From: an uncultured Acidobacteriota bacterium
GTDB taxonomy: Bacteria; Acidobacteriota; Terriglobia; Terriglobales; Acidobacteriaceae
Assembly: GCA_963825205.1 (NCBI GenBank)
Contig: CAWGSE010000016.1
Location: 27,421-91,420, forward strand
Reading direction: 5' to 3'
DNA: 64,000 nucleotides
Shown here: positions 50,051 through 59,014 of the stretch, in pieces
How positions within the stretch are numbered: position 1 is the first letter of the stretch
How the letters are laid out: each line of letters begins with the position of its first letter
Position numbers and translations under genes: made by a program
The notes under the pieces: generated by a model
Told to the model about the DNA's origin: nothing
Seen by the model: only the letters and a program-made list of their open reading frames with translations
The model's database searches: none

Positions 50051-50197
50051 TTTCTCTGCGAACTCCACGGTAGTTCTCCGCGAACGCTGCGGCAGTTCTC
50101 CCCGAACTCCAGGCAGTTCTCCGCGAACTTTGCGGCAGTTCTCCGCGACTTTACGGCGGTTCTCTGCGCCCTCTCCGCGCCCTCTGCGGTTTAAGAT
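50051..50197. repeat. Six to seven tandem 21-22-nt units (TTCTCCGCGAACTNTGCGGCAG type) forming the right arm of the element
   Basis: Units read from 50051: TTCTCTGCGAACTCCACGGTAG, TTCTCCGCGAACGCTGCGGCAG, TTCTCCCCGAACTCCAGGCAG, TTCTCCGCGAACTTTGCGGCAG, TTCTCCGCGACTTTACGGCGG, and TTCTCTGCGCCCTCTCCGCGCCCTCTGCGGTTTAAGAT. Confidence 0.9.
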
Positions 50198-50201
50198 GTT
50201 G

Positions 50202-51209
50202 CTACTTCTCCCGCGCCACGACAAACTCGGGAGCCCACAGCAAAGCCCGCTTGATCTCCGAGTCAGGAAATGTGCAGATCGCCTTGCGCGCTGCTTCCGC
50301 GTAGTGCGTGGCCCGGGCATGCGCGGCTTCGAGGGCGCCGTAGCGGCTCAAAATTGCCAGGATATCCGCGTGGGTCACGCCGTTAAAGGCGCGATCGCGC
50401 AGCACGGTCGCGATTTTCTCGCGCTCCGCCGGCGTGCAGCGCTCCAGCGCGTAGATCACCGCCATGGTGACCTTGCCCTCGCGCAGGTCGCTGGCCACAG
50501 GCTTGCCCAGCACACTCTCCGAAGCGGTCAGGTCGAGTACGTCGTCCACGATCTGGAATGCCATGCCCAGGTTGCGGCCGTAGGAACCGGCAGCCTCTTC
50601 CTGCTCCGGGGTCGCTTCCCCCAGAATCGCGCCCAGCCGCATGCACACCGAAAACAGGCACGCGGTCTTGCGGAAGATCAGGTCGAAGTGCTCGTCGAGC
50701 GTGATCAACTTGCCCAGCTTTTCCATCTGCAGAAGTTCACCTTCGACCATCTGCTGGGTGAGTTCGATCAAGGTGTCAAGCACGCGGAAGTTGCGCTCCT
50801 GAACCGCGATCTTGAAGGACTGCATGTAGAGCCAGTCGCCGGCCAGCACGCACTTGGAGTTCCCCCAGCGGGTGTTCGCCGCGGGTCGGCCACGCCGGGT
50901 CTGGGCTTCGTCGATGATGTCGTCGTGGACGAGCGTGGCCGTATGAATGATCTCCACCACGGCTCCCAGGCGCACGGCCCCGGTGCCTTTGTACTGAAAA
51001 AGCTTCGCCGCCAGCAGCAGAAGCGCCGGCCGAATGCGCTTACCGCCGCCTTCCCGCAGGTACTCGCCAATCTCGGTGATGGCGGACACGTCGGAGACAG
51101 TGTCCTGCCCGAATTCCGCCTCGATGGCCAGCAGGTCATCGTGCAGCAGTTCGAAAATCTCTTTCCCGTTGATGGCTGAGGGTGTACTCAATCCGCCGCT
51201 TTCACTCAA
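50202..51209 (-). CDS. Polyprenyl diphosphate synthase (trans-isoprenyl, IspB-like)
   Basis: Aspartate-rich motifs LVHDDIIDE and FQIVDDVLD. Confidence 0.9.
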   Translation of the reverse strand: MSESGGLSTPSAINGKEIFELLHDDLLAIEAEFGQDTVSDVSAITEIGEYLREGGGKRIRPALLLLAAKLFQYKGTGAVRLGAVVEIIHTATLVHDDIIDEAQTRRGRPAANTRWGNSKCVLAGDWLYMQSFKIAVQERNFRVLDTLIELTQQMVEGELLQMEKLGKLITLDEHFDLIFRKTACLFSVCMRLGAILGEATPEQEEAAGSYGRNLGMAFQIVDDVLDLTASESVLGKPVASDLREGKVTMAVIYALERCTPAEREKIATVLRDRAFNGVTHADILAILSRYGALEAAHARATHYAEAARKAICTFPDSEIKRALLWAPEFVVAREK

Positions 51210-51217
51210 AATGATCT

Positions 51218-51340
51218 TTCACCACAGAGTCACAGAGACTCGGAGAAAATCGTTTCTAAATTCCAAATCCTCGATCGTGATGCTCGCCCGTACTTCAGAA
51301 TCCTGAGCCCCGATTTTCTTCTCCGTGCCTCGGTGGTGAA
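51218..51340. repeat. Composite hairpin repeat (CACAGAG-type arms) between yajQ and the polyprenyl synthase gene
   Basis: TTCACCACAGAGTCACAGAGACTCGGAGAAAATCG (51218-51252) pairs with CGATTTTCTTCTCCGTGCCTCGGTGGTGAA (51311-51340). Confidence 0.85.
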
Positions 51341-51348
51341 TTGACTCT

Positions 51349-51846
51349 TCAATTCGACCGGTAATTCGTAAACTGCAAATCGATGCCGAAATCGCGCGAC
51401 TTCAGCAGGGCAATGATTTCCTGCAGGGTGTCGCGATCCTTGCCGCTAATCCGAACCAGGTCGCCCTGGATCGACGCCTGCGCCTTCTTCTTCGAGTCCT
51501 TCACCAGCTTTACGATTTCGCGTGCTTTCTCGATAGCGATGCCTTGCTGGATCGTGATCTTCTGTTTGGCCGTGCCGCCCGCTGCCGGCTCCACCGGACC
51601 ATAGGTCAGGCCCTTGAGCGAAATGCCGCGCTTCACCAGTTTCTGCTGCAGGATATCGTTTACGGCCTTGAGCTTGTACTCGTCGGCCGAGTGCAGCAGG
51701 ATGGCGTCCTTGCCCTCCATCTCGATCCTCGACTTGGAGTCCTTCAGATCGAAACGGGTGGTCACTTCCTTCATGGCCTGCTGGATGGCATTGGAGGCCT
51801 CCTGCAGGTCAACTTTGCTGACGATATCGAAAGTATTCTCGGGCAT
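51349..51846 (-). CDS. yajQ: YajQ family nucleotide (cyclic-di-GMP)-binding protein
   Basis: MPENTFDIVSKVDLQEASNAIQQAMKEVTTRFDLKDS... is a characteristic UPF0234/YajQ sequence. Confidence 0.88.
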   Translation of the reverse strand: MPENTFDIVSKVDLQEASNAIQQAMKEVTTRFDLKDSKSRIEMEGKDAILLHSADEYKLKAVNDILQQKLVKRGISLKGLTYGPVEPAAGGTAKQKITIQQGIAIEKAREIVKLVKDSKKKAQASIQGDLVRISGKDRDTLQEIIALLKSRDFGIDLQFTNYRSN

Positions 51847-51907
51847 GATTCGCTACCTGATCAGATTCGCATTTCCCCGCGAAAGTCGCAGCTTACAAGC
51901 TAAACGG

Positions 51908-52711
51908 TCATGCGGTTTTCGTGAAGGGAAAAGAAGCTATGGAAATTTTGCGTAGTCTGTACACCGATTTCCTCCGCGGAGAGACCCCGCAATTCGCCCA
52001 GTGCCGCGCGACCTCTTTGACGAATGCCGGCTCATTGCGCTTGCCGCGATGCGGCACCGGCGCCAGGAATGGGGAATCGGTCTCGATCAGCAGGCGGTCG
52101 AGCGGCACTTCAAGCGCGGCGTCGCGAATCTGCTGCGCCTTCGGGAAGGTGATATTTCCGGCAAAAGAGACCATAAACCCCATGTCGAGCGCGCGCCTGG
52201 CTTGCGCCACGTTGCCGGTGAAGCAGTGCAGGATGCCACCCAGTCCGGCGGGCGCCCATTGTTCCTGAATCAGCCGCAGGCAATCGTCCCAGGCGTCTTC
52301 GCTGCCCTCCGATGGACGGCAATGAATCACGATGGGCAGCTTCGCGCTGCGGGCCAGTTCCATCTGCTTGACGAAGACTCCCTGCTGCACTTCGCGCGGA
52401 GAGTGATCGTAATAGTAATCCAGGCCGATTTCTCCCCAGGCTATGACCTTGGGTCGCTTGGCCATTTGTTCCATGCGCTCGAAGGCGGCCTGGTCTGCGA
52501 GTTTGGCTTCATGCGGATGGATGCCGATGGTCGCATAGATGAACTCGTACTTCTCGGCCAACTGGATGCCGCACTCGAAGTTCACCGGCCCATCGCCATT
52601 GCCGATGGCGACAATTGTGTCCACGCCCGCCTCGCGAGCCCGCGCGATCACCTGCTCGCGATCGGAGTCGAAGCGGTGGCCTTCGAGATGGGCGTGGGAA
52701 TCTACGAACAT
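51908..52711 (-). CDS. tatD: TatD family metal-dependent hydrolase
   Basis: MFVDSHAHL, plus the conserved HCF and ETDSPFL blocks. Confidence 0.9.
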   Translation of the reverse strand: MFVDSHAHLEGHRFDSDREQVIARAREAGVDTIVAIGNGDGPVNFECGIQLAEKYEFIYATIGIHPHEAKLADQAAFERMEQMAKRPKVIAWGEIGLDYYYDHSPREVQQGVFVKQMELARSAKLPIVIHCRPSEGSEDAWDDCLRLIQEQWAPAGLGGILHCFTGNVAQARRALDMGFMVSFAGNITFPKAQQIRDAALEVPLDRLLIETDSPFLAPVPHRGKRNEPAFVKEVARHWANCGVSPRRKSVYRLRKISIASFPFTKTA

Positions 52712-52897
52712 AGTCGCTGGTCGTTAGTCGTCAGTCGTTGGCAAAACCCGCGTAGGGACAGACGCCGTCTTTTGTCCAGACCGAGCGATAGCTCGGCTAG
52801 CTATCTGGGCAACGGTGAACAGCGCTCGGCCAACGTCTAACTCTTTTCCCCCGACGACTGGCGACGTTCTTCCCTGACGACTGAAGACTGAAGACTG
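52712..52897. repeat. Composite hairpin repeat with 7-nt GTCGTYR / CAGTCKT-type arms between metG and tatD
   Basis: The left arm AGTCGCTGGTCGTTAGTCGTCAGTCGTTGGC (52712-52742) pairs with the right arm CCCGACGACTGGCGACGTTCTTCCCTGACGACTGAAGACTGAAGACTG (52849-52897). The loop contains the small hairpin CCGAGC-GATA-GCTCGG. Confidence 0.8.
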
Positions 52898-52899
52898 TT

Positions 52900-54906
52900 C
52901 TATTTCAGCCGAGCTCCCACCGGCACATCCTCAAGAAATCCCGCCAACACGGGTTGCCCACCCTCAAGCGATGCCGCCACGATCATGCCATTCGACTCCA
53001 GGCCGCGCAGCTTGCGGGGCGCGAGGTTGGCGACGATGACCACTTTGCGGCCGACCAGCGTTTCGGGTGCGTAGGCTTCGGCGATCCCGGCCACGATCTG
53101 GCGCACTTCCGTCCCGATGTCGACTTCGAGACGCAGCAACTTGTCGGCATTCTTCACCTTCTCTGCGACTTTCACCACGCCAACCCGCAACTCAACCTTC
53201 ACGAAATCGTCGATGGTGATCTTGCCATCGGGCGTGGCTGCCGGCGGCTTCTGAGCGGGTATGACCGGGCGCAATGCAACCGGGGGCGCGAGTTCAGGTT
53301 TCGTTTCTTCCTCGACCGCTGCCGCGGGGCGTCCTTGCTCTTCCATCTTCTGCATCCTTTCCACGGCGCTCTTGTCGGCGCGCGGGAACACGGGCTGAAC
53401 CTCGCCCAGCCTGGTGCCCAGGCGAAGCTGTCCCCATTTCAATTCGCCCAGGGCGACGGTCTTGATATCTCCCAGGCCCAACTGCGTCCAGATTCTGGCG
53501 GTTGCGTCCGGAATGACCGGGTGTGCCAGCACAGTGACGATGCGCAGCGCTTCGGCAGCCGTATACAGAACGGTGGCCAGGCGGGCGCGGCTATCCTCAT
53601 CCTGCTTTTCTCCCAGCGCCCACGGCTCGTTTTCGACAATGTACTTGTCGACCGCCGCCACCAGCGTCCACGCCACTTCCAGGGCCTTGGAGAACTGGAA
53701 CTGGTCAAACAGGACGTTATAGTTCGCAATCACGTCGCGCGCGATCTCGGCAATCGCATCATCGGCGGGCGTGTGCGACGCGGTGTGCGAGGGATACGGC
53801 ACCTCACCCTTGAAATAGCGGGTGATCATGGTCAGGGTGCGGCTGGCCAGGTTGCCAATCCCATTGGCGAGATCGGAGTTGTAGCGCTGCACCAGGGCAT
53901 CGAATGAAAACGAGCCGTCCGAGCCAAACACCACCTCGCGCAAAAGAAAATAACGCAGCGCGTCGGCGCCGAGCACGTCGAGAATCGTTTCCGCGCGCAC
54001 GATGTTGCCGCGCGACTTCGACATCTTGTTCTCTTCGAACAGCAGCCAGCCGTGCGCCATGATGCCTTTGGGCAACGGCAGTCCCGCAGCCATCAGGAAC
54101 GCCGGCCAGTAGACGCAGTGGAAGCGGACAATTTCCTTGCCGATCATCTGCACGTCGGCCGGCCAGTACTTGTCGTACTTGGCCGTGTCCGGCGACCCGT
54201 AACCGAGCGCGGTAATGTAGTTGGCCAGCGCGTCCAGCCAGACATAGATCACGTGCTTGGGATCGTCGGGCACGGGAATGCCCCAGGAGAACGTGCTGCG
54301 GCTGATGGAAAGATCCTTTAATCCTCCCTTGACGAACGAGATTACTTCGTTGCGGCGCGTCTCCGGGCGGATCCAATTGGGCTGGTCGGTATAGAGCTGC
54401 AGCAACTTGTCCGCGAACGCCGAAAGCTTGAAGAAATAGTTTTCTTCGTGCACGGTTTCGGTGATGCGGCCGCACTCCGGACAGGGCTCACCCGGCCCGA
54501 CATCGACGTACATCTCGTCGGAAACGCAATACTGTCCGGTATAGCTGCCTTTGTAGATGTAGCCGTTCTCGTTAAGCTTGCGGAACAGCGCCTGCACGCT
54601 TTTCTTGTGACGATCTTCGGTGGTGCGGATGAAGTCGTTGTGGGTGAGCCCCATGCGCTTCCAAAGCGCGCGAAATTCGCCGGAAACTTCATCGGCAAAT
54701 TGCTGCGGGGTCTTCCCGGCAGCGGCGGCGGCCCGTTCGATCTTCTGCCCGTGTTCATCGGTGCCGGTCAGGAAATAGGTGTCGTCGCCCAGCATGCGGT
54801 GGCGGCGCGCGATGGTGTCGCAGGCTATGGTCGTGTAGGCGTGTCCGATATGAGGACGCGCGTTGACGTAATAAATCGGGGTCGTGATGTAGAACTTCTT
54901 GCTCAT
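52900..54906 (-). CDS. metG: Methionine--tRNA ligase with C-terminal tRNA-binding domain
   Basis: HIGHAYT and KMSKS motifs, plus the zinc knuckle CPECG. Confidence 0.95.
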   Translation of the reverse strand: MSKKFYITTPIYYVNARPHIGHAYTTIACDTIARRHRMLGDDTYFLTGTDEHGQKIERAAAAAGKTPQQFADEVSGEFRALWKRMGLTHNDFIRTTEDRHKKSVQALFRKLNENGYIYKGSYTGQYCVSDEMYVDVGPGEPCPECGRITETVHEENYFFKLSAFADKLLQLYTDQPNWIRPETRRNEVISFVKGGLKDLSISRSTFSWGIPVPDDPKHVIYVWLDALANYITALGYGSPDTAKYDKYWPADVQMIGKEIVRFHCVYWPAFLMAAGLPLPKGIMAHGWLLFEENKMSKSRGNIVRAETILDVLGADALRYFLLREVVFGSDGSFSFDALVQRYNSDLANGIGNLASRTLTMITRYFKGEVPYPSHTASHTPADDAIAEIARDVIANYNVLFDQFQFSKALEVAWTLVAAVDKYIVENEPWALGEKQDEDSRARLATVLYTAAEALRIVTVLAHPVIPDATARIWTQLGLGDIKTVALGELKWGQLRLGTRLGEVQPVFPRADKSAVERMQKMEEQGRPAAAVEEETKPELAPPVALRPVIPAQKPPAATPDGKITIDDFVKVELRVGVVKVAEKVKNADKLLRLEVDIGTEVRQIVAGIAEAYAPETLVGRKVVIVANLAPRKLRGLESNGMIVAASLEGGQPVLAGFLEDVPVGARLK

Positions 54907-54943
54907 GAGAACTTGAAACCCAGCGGCTGCAAAAGGCGCGAAA

Positions 54944-55000
54944 GTAACCCGAAGGATAACAGGCCGCGCTTCCTTCGTGCTTTCCCGGTGTCCTTCGTGG
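54944..55000. repeat. Hairpin repeat with CACGAAGG-type arms between larC and metG
   Basis: CCGAAGGA (54949-54956) pairs with TCCTTCG (54971-54977). The long arm CTTCCTTCGTGCTTTCCCGGTGTCCTTCGTGG ends at the larC stop. Confidence 0.7.
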
Positions 55001-56407
55001 CTAAGCTTTTTTGCCGGCCGCGCTCAGCAGGTAAGCCTGCGTCGCTTCCTGCATAACGGTTTTCAGCGGTACCCGATGCTGGGCGGCGATGCGGCGGCAA
55101 TCCTCGTACTCAGGCGCGCAGTTGGTCACGGTGCCGTTCATGCTGGCAATTTTCATGCGTACATCGCCCCAGGAAGTCGCTACGGTGACCCAGCGCCGGG
55201 CGAGCGTGTTGCGCTGTTCCTGGCGCTGCCGCACTCCCAGGGTCGTGGTCTCGGCAAAAATGATTTGCGTAAGCTTGGCGGCGTCTGCGGGCTTGCACAG
55301 AACCGTCAGCAGCGTGCCGGGCCGGCTCTTTTTCATTTGCACCGGCATCCCGAAGACGTCCAGCGCGCCCTCTTCGAGCAGGCGGTCGAGCACGTAGCCG
55401 AAGACCTGCGGGTTCAAATCATCCAGGTTCGCCTCCAGCACCGAAATGGTTTCCTGGGCGGTTTTGGAGGCGAGGGCGGAAGCTGCTTCGCCGATCGTGA
55501 TGCGGACCACGTTGGCGTGTCCGGGAAAATCGCGGGTGCCGGCTCCATAGCCGCTGCGCTCAATCTTCATTTCTGGAAATGCTCCGAAGCGGGTGGCCAG
55601 CACCTTCACGATGGCGGCACCCGTAGGGGTGAGCAACTCGGCCTGGATTCCCGAGGAAAAGACCGGCGCATTCTGCAGCAGTTCCACCGTGGCGGGTGCA
55701 GGCACCGGAAACACTCCGTGCGCGCACTTCACTGTACCGCCGCCCAGGTTGAGCGCTGAGCAGACAATTTCTTCCACCCCCAGCGCCTCCGCGCCCACGG
55801 CCGCGCCCACGATGTCGACCATCGCGTCGACCGCGCCCACCTCGTGGAAGTGCACCGCCTCCATGTCCATGTTGTGAATCTTGGCTTCGGCCGCACCCAG
55901 AGCTTCGAAAATGGCAATCGCGGTCTGCTTTGCAGAATCGCTGATTGCCGTGCCCGCGATGATCCGCTTGATCTGCTTCAGGCTGCGACCGTGCTCATGC
56001 AGGCTCCCGCTCCGCGAAGAAGCCGGCGAGTGCGAATGACCGTGCGGATTCTCGTCGAGCGGTGCCGGACCGTGCGAGTGAGCCTGCGCCGGATCGTGTG
56101 AATGCACCGGTGCGGGATCGTGCAGGTGAGCCTGCGCAGGATCGTGCGAATGCGCGTGATCATGCGCAGTTTCGCGCTGCGCCCAAAACTCCTCCCGCGG
56201 CAATTCCTTCTCACCATGGACCAGCACATCCACCTTGGTCGCCGTGATCCCGCTGCGGTTGACCTTCGAGATCTCCAACCGAGCTCCGATGTTGAGCGCC
56301 GCGACGGTTTTCTCCAGCACGTCGGGGGACACCCCGGAGTCGATCAGGGCGCCCAGGAACATGTCGCCGCTCATGCCGGAAAAACAATCAAGGTATGCGA
56401 TCTTCAT
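55001..56407 (-). CDS. larC: LarC-type nickel insertion protein (nickel-pincer cofactor biosynthesis; DUF111)
   Basis: Start placed at ATG 56407 (MKIAYLDCFSGMSGDMFLGALIDSG). His-rich segment HDHAHSHDPAQAHLHDPAPVHSHDPAQAHSHGP. Confidence 0.88.
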   Translation of the reverse strand: MKIAYLDCFSGMSGDMFLGALIDSGVSPDVLEKTVAALNIGARLEISKVNRSGITATKVDVLVHGEKELPREEFWAQRETAHDHAHSHDPAQAHLHDPAPVHSHDPAQAHSHGPAPLDENPHGHSHSPASSRSGSLHEHGRSLKQIKRIIAGTAISDSAKQTAIAIFEALGAAEAKIHNMDMEAVHFHEVGAVDAMVDIVGAAVGAEALGVEEIVCSALNLGGGTVKCAHGVFPVPAPATVELLQNAPVFSSGIQAELLTPTGAAIVKVLATRFGAFPEMKIERSGYGAGTRDFPGHANVVRITIGEAASALASKTAQETISVLEANLDDLNPQVFGYVLDRLLEEGALDVFGMPVQMKKSRPGTLLTVLCKPADAAKLTQIIFAETTTLGVRQRQEQRNTLARRWVTVATSWGDVRMKIASMNGTVTNCAPEYEDCRRIAAQHRVPLKTVMQEATQAYLLSAAGKKA

Positions 56408-56411
56408 CAGG

Positions 56412-56450
56412 ACTTTCTTCACCACAAAAGACACGAAGTACCGAACGAGG
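56412..56450. repeat. Solo repeat arm (TTCACCAC...CACGAAG type)
   Basis: CTTTCTTCACCACAAAAGACACGAAGTACCGAACGAGGG resembles the reverse complement of 54969-55000. Confidence 0.55.
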
Positions 56451-56512
56451 GATCGCGCAGGCTCTTCGGGCCGCGCCGTTCCAGACTAGGGCGCCTCTCA
56501 ACCACGGGCACC

Positions 56513-56690
56513 GCTCAGCGCCCTCTACGGCAGTTCTCCCCGAACTCTGCGGTAGTTCTCCCCGAACTCTGCGGCAGCCCTCCGCGAACTCTGCGGTAGT
56601 CGTCCGTGCACTTTGCGGCAAGTTCTCCCCGAACTCTACGGCAGTTCTCCGCGCCCTCTGCGGTAGTTCTCCGCGAACTCTGCGGTAACA
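56513..56690. repeat. Eight tandem ~22-nt units (TTCTCCCCGAACTCTGCGGYAG type)
   Basis: Contiguous units read from the sequence. The array ends CTGCGGTAACAGCTC, like the terminus at 46921-46935. Confidence 0.9.
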
Positions 56691-56822
56691 GCTCTTCCCC
56701 ACCTTCTCCCCGAAACAAAACTCAAACTTCATGATAGGGAACACAAGTATCCAGCGTCAAACCAGCCGCGCTCTCCCCTTTTGCTACAATCACTAGTTTA
56801 ATCAACAAGTTAGAGGGGCCTT

Positions 56823-58923
56823 GTGTATCGCACGCTGGAACGCCGTTTAATCCATCACGTTAGAGATTTCCTGCGCCGCACCTACGACCTCGATCTCCCG
56901 AAAATCGTGGTGGAGCAACCGCCCAAGGTCGAACTGGGCGAGTACGCCATGCCGCTTGCCTTTGAGCTGGCCAAGAAACTGCGTAAGGCGCCGCGCAAGA
57001 TTGCCGAGGAAATCGTGGCCGGGATCGAGCCGATTGCAGGATTTGAGAAGCTGGAAGTCGCCGGGGCCGGCTACATCAATGCCCGCGTGCACCGCGGCGC
57101 GGTAGCTGCGGGGTTGCTGGCCGACGAGAATCCCCAAGTCGACGTGCCCGCCGGCAAAATTCTGGTCGAGCACTCCAGCATCAACCCCAACAAGGCCGCG
57201 CACATCGGCCACCTGCGCAATGCGATTCTGGGCGACACGTTTGTCCGGTTGCTTCGTTTTGCCGGCAGGGAAGTCGATGTTCAGAACTACATTGACAACA
57301 CCGGCGTACAGGTGGCCGACGTGGTCGTGGGCTTTCTCTATCTCGAGAAGAAATCCCGGGCTGAGATCGAACGGCTTGCCGCTCAGCCGCGCTTTGACTA
57401 CGAGTGCTGGGACCTCTACGCGCGCGCCTCGCAGTGGTATGCCGAGGACAAGCAGAACCAGCAGGCACGGCTTAAGACCCTGCACGAAATCGAAGCCGGC
57501 GGAAACGAAGTCGCTGCCATCGCCGACCTGATTTCGGTGGCGGTGCTTCGCCGCCACCTCGAGACCATGGACCGGCTCGATATCGAATACGACTTCCTGC
57601 CGCGGGAGAGCGAAATTCTGCATTTGCATTTCTGGGACGCCGCTTTTGCGAAGCTAAAAGACGCGGGGGTGCTGTTCTACGAGACGGAAGGGAAGAACAA
57701 GGGCTGCTGGGTGATGCGGCGAGCGGGCACTGCGAAAAAATCTGAAACCGCAGAGGTCGCGGAGAACGCCGCAGAGGACGCGGAGCAGGCTGCAGAGGAG
57801 GCGGAGAAAGCTGCAAAGGACGCGGAGAAGCCAGCAGGGGACGCCGAGAAGCCAGCCAAGGACGCCGAGTCTCCCGATGTGGTCTCTGCGGAAGATCAGA
57901 AAGTGATTGTCCGGTCCAACGGTACCGTCGGCTACGTGGGCAAGGACATCGCCTACCACATGTGGAAGTTCGGGCTGCTCGGACGCGACTTCGAATACTG
58001 CAGGTTTTACAAATATCCGAACCAGCACCAGGTGCTGGATTTCGGCGGCCCAGGGCGAGCAAGACCATCCTCATTTCGGCGACGTGGCTGAAATCTATAA
58101 CGTCATTGACGCGCGCCAGGCGGAGGCGCAGAACACCGTCATCGAAGCCCTGCGCGGGCTCGGCCACAACGACGCCGCCGACCATTACACCCATTTTTCC
58201 TACGAGATGGTTGCGCTGACTCCGCGCTGCGCCGCCGAACTGGGCTACCAGTTGTCGGACGAGGATAAGGCCCGGCCCTACATCGAAGTCTCGGGCCGCA
58301 AAGGCTTTGGCGTGAAAGCGGATGACCTGCTCGACCGCCTCATCGCGTCCGCAAAAGCGGAAGTCGATCCGCGCCATCCCCAGTTGAGCGACCAGGAGCG
58401 GCGCAGCATCGCCACCCAGATCGCCATCGGAGCTTTGCGCTACTTCATGCTGAAGTACACCAAGCCATCGGTCATCGCCTTCGACTTCAAAGATGCGTTG
58501 AGCTTCGAGGGCGAAACCGGGCCCTACGCGCAATATGCCGTGGTGCGCGCCACTAACATTTTCCGCAAAGGGGGATTCGATCCCGACAAGTTCAGCCAGG
58601 ACACGTCCAACCATCTCTCGGCGGAGGACTTCGGGAAGTCATTGGCGGGCGAATCGGGCAACGAAATCTGGGAGCTCTGGTTAGCCGCGGCCAAGACTGC
58701 GTACGTGGTGGACCAGTGCATTGCGACCACGGAGCCCGCGTATCTCGCCAAGCACGCATTTCAACTGGCCCAGCTCTTTAACTACTTTTACCACCGCCAT
58801 CCCATCTTGAATGAAGCCGATGAGGGCCGGAAGAAATTTCTGCTGGCCACGGTAGCGGTGGTGCGCCGCGAACTGATGCGTACGCTGGTGGTCCTGGGTA
58901 TCACTGTCCCGCCAGTGATGTAG
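56823..58923 (+). CDS. argS: Arginine--tRNA ligase, interrupted as given by one extra nt at about 58035, and carrying an in-frame repeat-derived insertion
   Basis: ORFs 56823..58091 and 57907..58923. HIGH-type motif AAHIGHLRNAILGD. The frame switch is at YPNQHQV|WISAAQGEQDHPHFGDVAEIYNVIDARQ. The gene is essential, so the frameshift is probably a sequence error. Confidence 0.92.
57740..57896. repeat. CCGCAGAG/GCGGAGAA-type element inserted in frame within argS
   Basis: ATCTGAAACCGCAGAGGTCGCGGAGAACGCCGCAGAGGACGCGGAG...TCTCTGCGGAAGAT. Both ends resemble the 26-bp TIR of the 49146-50197 element. It is translated as SETAEVAENAAEDAEQAAEEAEKAAKDAEKPAGDAEKPAKDAESPDVVSAED. Confidence 0.75.
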
Positions 58924-59014
58924 TCGCCAGCAGCACGAGTTGAGATTTCTAACCGCGCCGGGCTGAGCACAGCCCGGACTCTCTTGCTGCTCAAGAAGTT
59001 GGCGTCCGTTTCAA

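Larger units (their letters stand above)
49146..50197. mobile_element. 1,052-bp unit bounded by perfect 26-bp terminal inverted repeats, carrying a GxxExxY gene (putative mobile or MITE-parent-like element)
   Basis: ATCTTAAACCGCAGAGGGCGCGGAGA at 49146-49171 equals the reverse complement of 50172-50197. The unit is wedged between the stops of two convergent genes. Confidence 0.55.

Noticed and set aside
54961-56450. larC as cargo flanked by inverted CACGAAGG-type arms, analogous to the GxxExxY unit.
   Set aside because: The left arm already forms its own local hairpin (54949-54977). The similarity between the two arms is only partial, and there are no perfect termini. Two independent repeat copies are more likely.
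56513-56690. Possible CRISPR array; the same question applies to 50051-50197 and 46580-46789.
   Set aside because: The repeats are contiguous with no unique spacers, the units are only 14-22 nt, and no cas genes are in the window.
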